From: Dysgonomonas capnocytophagoides DSM 22835
GTDB lineage: Bacteria > Bacteroidota > Bacteroidia > Bacteroidales > Dysgonomonadaceae
Direction of reading: 5' to 3'
Assembly: GCF_000426485.1 (NCBI RefSeq)
Contig: NZ_KE384530.1
Location: 136,829-168,828 of the forward strand
Length of the DNA: 32,000 bases
A model generated the notes under the pieces. That model had not been told where the DNA came from. It ran no database searches and saw only the letters and a list, made by a program, of their open reading frames with translations. This document shows positions 28,910 through 32,000 of the stretch, piece after piece. The stretch's first letter is position 1. Every line of letters starts with the position of its first letter. The translations under genes were made by a program, and so were the position numbers.

Positions 28910-31777
28910 TTACTTAGTATTAAAGTTCAAACGAATACTTCCTCTGTGAAATCCTTCCGACCATTGAGCTTGGGATGAGGGGCCAACCAAGTCGGTCGAA
29001 TTAACTTTGTTTCTTACGGCAGGGATAACTTCCAACATGGCAATACCACTCTGAGGGATTGTGTAAAGCAATGCATCACGTCCGTCACGAGGGGTATATA
29101 CGCCCAGATATTTACTTCCCGAGACATTGCCGATATTAATTGTACCTTCGGTTGTTTTCAGTGAAAGCCATTTCCAGTTATTAAAATATCCTTTGAACTC
29201 GGGATATATAAATGTTTCTCCGGGAATAGGGTCGTTGTAATCGTTTTCCCATATACCGAAGTTGGTTCCATGAATACGGTTTTGCCAAACACGGTAAGGT
29301 CCTTCGCCCAACCATTGTTTAGATACTACCTGATTTTCGGGATAGTCGAACATAACGCCCATCAATTCAACTGTGCCGTCGTACTGATAAGCGTAATCGA
29401 GTAGTATTTCACCATTCGATTGAATAGTCCATTTCGCCTGACGCATATTACCGAAATAATCGGCTGTAACAACTATACTGTCTGTATATGATTTGAAATT
29501 GAACGAAGTAAGTTTGCTCTCGCCCGAAATATCATTGTAAATACGTTCTTTACTGCGAGCTTCGTTATCATCGTGATTATAATATACATCCATAGAACGG
29601 TCGCCCCTGCGAGCAGCTATAAAACGAGGTCCTTTTTCGAAAGCGATACTCTTTTCGTTTTCTTGAACAGAACTTAGTAAACCTGTCGATTTATCGAAAG
29701 TAAGTGTTGTGTTACCAGCTGATACTTGTAAGGTTTTATCGTTGTCTTGAGTAGAAAGTTTTCCCCTTTTATCGGCAAAGGGATAATATTCCGATGATTG
29801 TTTCCAATCCCAGTCCCAAGTCCATAACTCTTCATTGTCTTTTCCGTAAGCAGTAAGATATAATGCATCGGCATTTCTCCAATTCTGAGGAAGATTGATT
29901 TTTAATGTTCCGGCAGAATGCGGAGCAATATCTGTTCCGTTAACTTCACCTTGATTGAGAATTTTTTCTTCACCTTTGAGCGATTTTAAAACCCATTTGA
30001 ATTTGCAATCTTTCAGATTAGTAAAGTCGTATCTGTTTTCGATATTGAATGTTCCGTCAAAGTTGTCGGGGAGCGATGTATTCATCACCTGCACAGGCGA
30101 CCATATTTGTTTTACAGTATAGAAACTTCCTTCACGTTCGTGATGGGGACCTACAATACCATCTGCACCATAGTTGCCTACATTGTCGATACGTCCATCC
30201 TGATCAGTACGCATAACACCTTCGTCTGCCAATACCCAAAGAAAACCTCCTGCACAACGAGGATGCTTGCACATCATTTCCCAATAATCCCAAAGACCGG
30301 CTCCGTGACCGCCATCGTATAATCCATGTAAAAATTCGGTAGGCATAAATATTTCAGGCTTACGCATATATTCCTGACTTTCGCCATACGAACGATAGTG
30401 CATCGTTTCGAATCCTCCGAAGTTTTTCTGAGGGTGAAGTACAGGTCTTTTCTGAGGATCGAGTGGGGCAAATTCTTTATCTATTTCGAGATTATGACCA
30501 CCTTCGTTTCCGTTCGACCACCATGTAACTGATGGATGATTAACGTCGCGTTTGACCATCTCGTGTACTAATTTAGCACCCACATTGCTGTCGTATTTAC
30601 CGTGCCATCCGGCAAGTTCTACCATCACATATAATCCGAGTTCGTCACAAGTATCCAAGAATTCGGGATCGGAAGGATAATGAGATAGACGAACGGCATT
30701 CATGTTCATTTCTTTGATGAGTTTTACATCATCATAATTATTTTTTTTGCTGAGAGTACGTCCTGTTTCGGGGCGGAAACTGTGGCGATTTACACCTTTT
30801 ATCATTACTCGTTGTCCGTTGACGTACAATCCGTCACTTGGCCGAACTTCGATAGTACGGAATCCGATTCGTTCTTTTACTATGTGTTTTACTTTACCGT
30901 TATCTGTTAATGTAAATTGGACATAATATAAATTAGGTGTTTCGGGAGTCCACGTTTTTATGTTATTGAATTTACCCGAAACGGCAACCTTGTCCGATCC
31001 GTTTTTTACAGGAGTTTCGATGCTCTGACCAAGTGGTTTTCCCTCTTTGTCTAATAGTTGAGCTGTAACTTTAGCGCTATTACTCATAGCTGCACCTAAG
31101 AAAATATCAGCATAGAAACTTCCATCGGCTTTGGCATCGATAGCTGTACGATCTATATTGAATGCTGGCAAAGCTTCTATAAACACCGGGCGAAATATCC
31201 CCCCGAAATTCCAGTAATCGGCTCTGCGTTCAGCCATGTTTACACTAGGGTTCGACGATTCTTTGCTAACCGTCATTTCCAACACATTTTCTTTATCGCC
31301 GAAGTTGATTCGGTCGCTGACATCGCTTTTAAAACGATAGAATGCACCTTGATGCAAGTAACCGCAACGGCGTCCGTTTATTTCGGCTGTAACATCTGTC
31401 ATAACACCATCGAAAACGATGCGGACAGTTCTGCCTTCCCACTCCTTGGGTAGTTTAAATTTATATTTGTATTTACCCTGCTCTTTGGCTATCCCTGCAG
31501 GGTATTCTTTTCCATAAAAAGGCATACCGTACTGATATGTGCCGAATCCTTGCAGTTCCCAGCAAGAAGGAACAGGTATGGTTGTCCACTTACCGCTGTT
31601 GCGTCCATCAGTGCAGTAAAATTCCCAGTCGACAGTATTATCTGATCCCGTACCCGATAAGTATTGAATACCTGTTTCGGTTTCGCTCTGTTTTTTTGTT
31701 TGTGCAGTTAGGTTGAACGATAATATACAACTTAGTGCAATAGATAGTATAGATATATATTTTGTAGTTTTCATCAT
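28910..31777 (-). CDS. GH2 family glycoside hydrolase, beta-galactosidase-like
   Basis: 955 aa; WKTIPVPSCWELQGFGTYQYGMPFY, GVNRHSFRPETGRTL, MNAVRLSHYPSDPEFLDTCDELGLYV, NEGGHN acid/base region, C-terminal beta-sandwich domains. Confidence 0.9.
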   Translation of the reverse strand: MMKTTKYISILSIALSCILSFNLTAQTKKQSETETGIQYLSGTGSDNTVDWEFYCTDGRNSGKWTTIPVPSCWELQGFGTYQYGMPFYGKEYPAGIAKEQGKYKYKFKLPKEWEGRTVRIVFDGVMTDVTAEINGRRCGYLHQGAFYRFKSDVSDRINFGDKENVLEMTVSKESSNPSVNMAERRADYWNFGGIFRPVFIEALPAFNIDRTAIDAKADGSFYADIFLGAAMSNSAKVTAQLLDKEGKPLGQSIETPVKNGSDKVAVSGKFNNIKTWTPETPNLYYVQFTLTDNGKVKHIVKERIGFRTIEVRPSDGLYVNGQRVMIKGVNRHSFRPETGRTLSKKNNYDDVKLIKEMNMNAVRLSHYPSDPEFLDTCDELGLYVMVELAGWHGKYDSNVGAKLVHEMVKRDVNHPSVTWWSNGNEGGHNLEIDKEFAPLDPQKRPVLHPQKNFGGFETMHYRSYGESQEYMRKPEIFMPTEFLHGLYDGGHGAGLWDYWEMMCKHPRCAGGFLWVLADEGVMRTDQDGRIDNVGNYGADGIVGPHHEREGSFYTVKQIWSPVQVMNTSLPDNFDGTFNIENRYDFTNLKDCKFKWVLKSLKGEEKILNQGEVNGTDIAPHSAGTLKINLPQNWRNADALYLTAYGKDNEELWTWDWDWKQSSEYYPFADKRGKLSTQDNDKTLQVSAGNTTLTFDKSTGLLSSVQENEKSIAFEKGPRFIAARRGDRSMDVYYNHDDNEARSKERIYNDISGESKLTSFNFKSYTDSIVVTADYFGNMRQAKWTIQSNGEILLDYAYQYDGTVELMGVMFDYPENQVVSKQWLGEGPYRVWQNRIHGTNFGIWENDYNDPIPGETFIYPEFKGYFNNWKWLSLKTTEGTINIGNVSGSKYLGVYTPRDGRDALLYTIPQSGIAMLEVIPAVRNKVNSTDLVGPSSQAQWSEGFHRGSIRLNFNTK

Positions 31778-32000
31778 TTATTTTCAGGTTTAATGCTAAT
31801 ATTCAGATTGTAAGTCCTTTTTTCGATTGCATATTTTTTCAATACACCAGGTCCGCAGCTGCTGTTACCCAATCCGAGCATAATAGCATCGAGCGATAGT
31901 ATAGTTTCTTTACGAGGTTTCAGTAAATAAGCATGGCTTGCATTGTCGAAATCGCTTGCCGTGAAATGCAATGCAGATGCAGACATCAAACCCGAAGTGC
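31774..32000 (-). CDS. C-terminal end of a further GH2/beta-galactosidase-like enzyme (start beyond window)
   Basis: Reading frame stays open to 32000; ...TSGLMSASALHFTASDFDNASHAYLLKPRKETILSLDAIMLGLGNSSCGPGVL resembles the terminal domain of large GH2 enzymes; 4 bp overlap (ATGA-type) with the next gene. Confidence 0.75.
   Translation of the reverse strand, partial: TSGLMSASALHFTASDFDNASHAYLLKPRKETILSLDAIMLGLGNSSCGPGVLKKYAIEKRTYNLNISIKPENK

Noticed and set aside
23126-31240. Numerous 60-95 aa ORFs antisense to the glycoside hydrolase genes
   Set aside because: Expected by chance opposite long GC-moderate coding regions; no recognisable domains.
1-32000. CRISPR array, toxin-antitoxin, restriction, phage, integrase, retron or other defence system
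   Set aside because: No regularly spaced repeats, no reverse transcriptase, nuclease, integrase or transposase signatures were seen in any translated frame.

Overview
This window looks like ordinary Bacteroidota (Bacteroidales, Dysgonomonas-like) chromosome. Three blocks can be supported. (1) A minus-strand envelope/housekeeping block: mutL N-terminus, OstA-like protein, three SurA/PpiC-type folding factors; then mtgA, an O/P-type porin, cdsA, ftsH, rsfS and cca. It is interrupted by a plus-strand MATE transporter. (2) A lipoprotein gene, miaA on the minus strand, and a plus-strand redox-type set: DoxX, YceI, flavodoxin-fold oxidoreductase, a small uncharacterised protein, aldehyde dehydrogenase, HxlR regulator. 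(3) A minus-strand glycan-degradation gene set (GH78, GH106-like, GH2, and the end of a further GH2-like gene) that looks like part of a polysaccharide utilisation locus continuing past 32000. I found no CRISPR array, phage, integrase, transposase, defence system, RNA gene or clearly novel protein system. The best second-look signals are non-coding: a recurrent hairpin-like motif (sense AAAAAGGTCTGAGACCTTA) in the leaders of several housekeeping genes; a paired AAAAAGGTNACAAARGTWACA intergenic element present twice in opposite orientation; and a 36-bp near-perfect palindrome at the miaA promoter. Product calls rest on recognition of protein families by eye; no database search was run.
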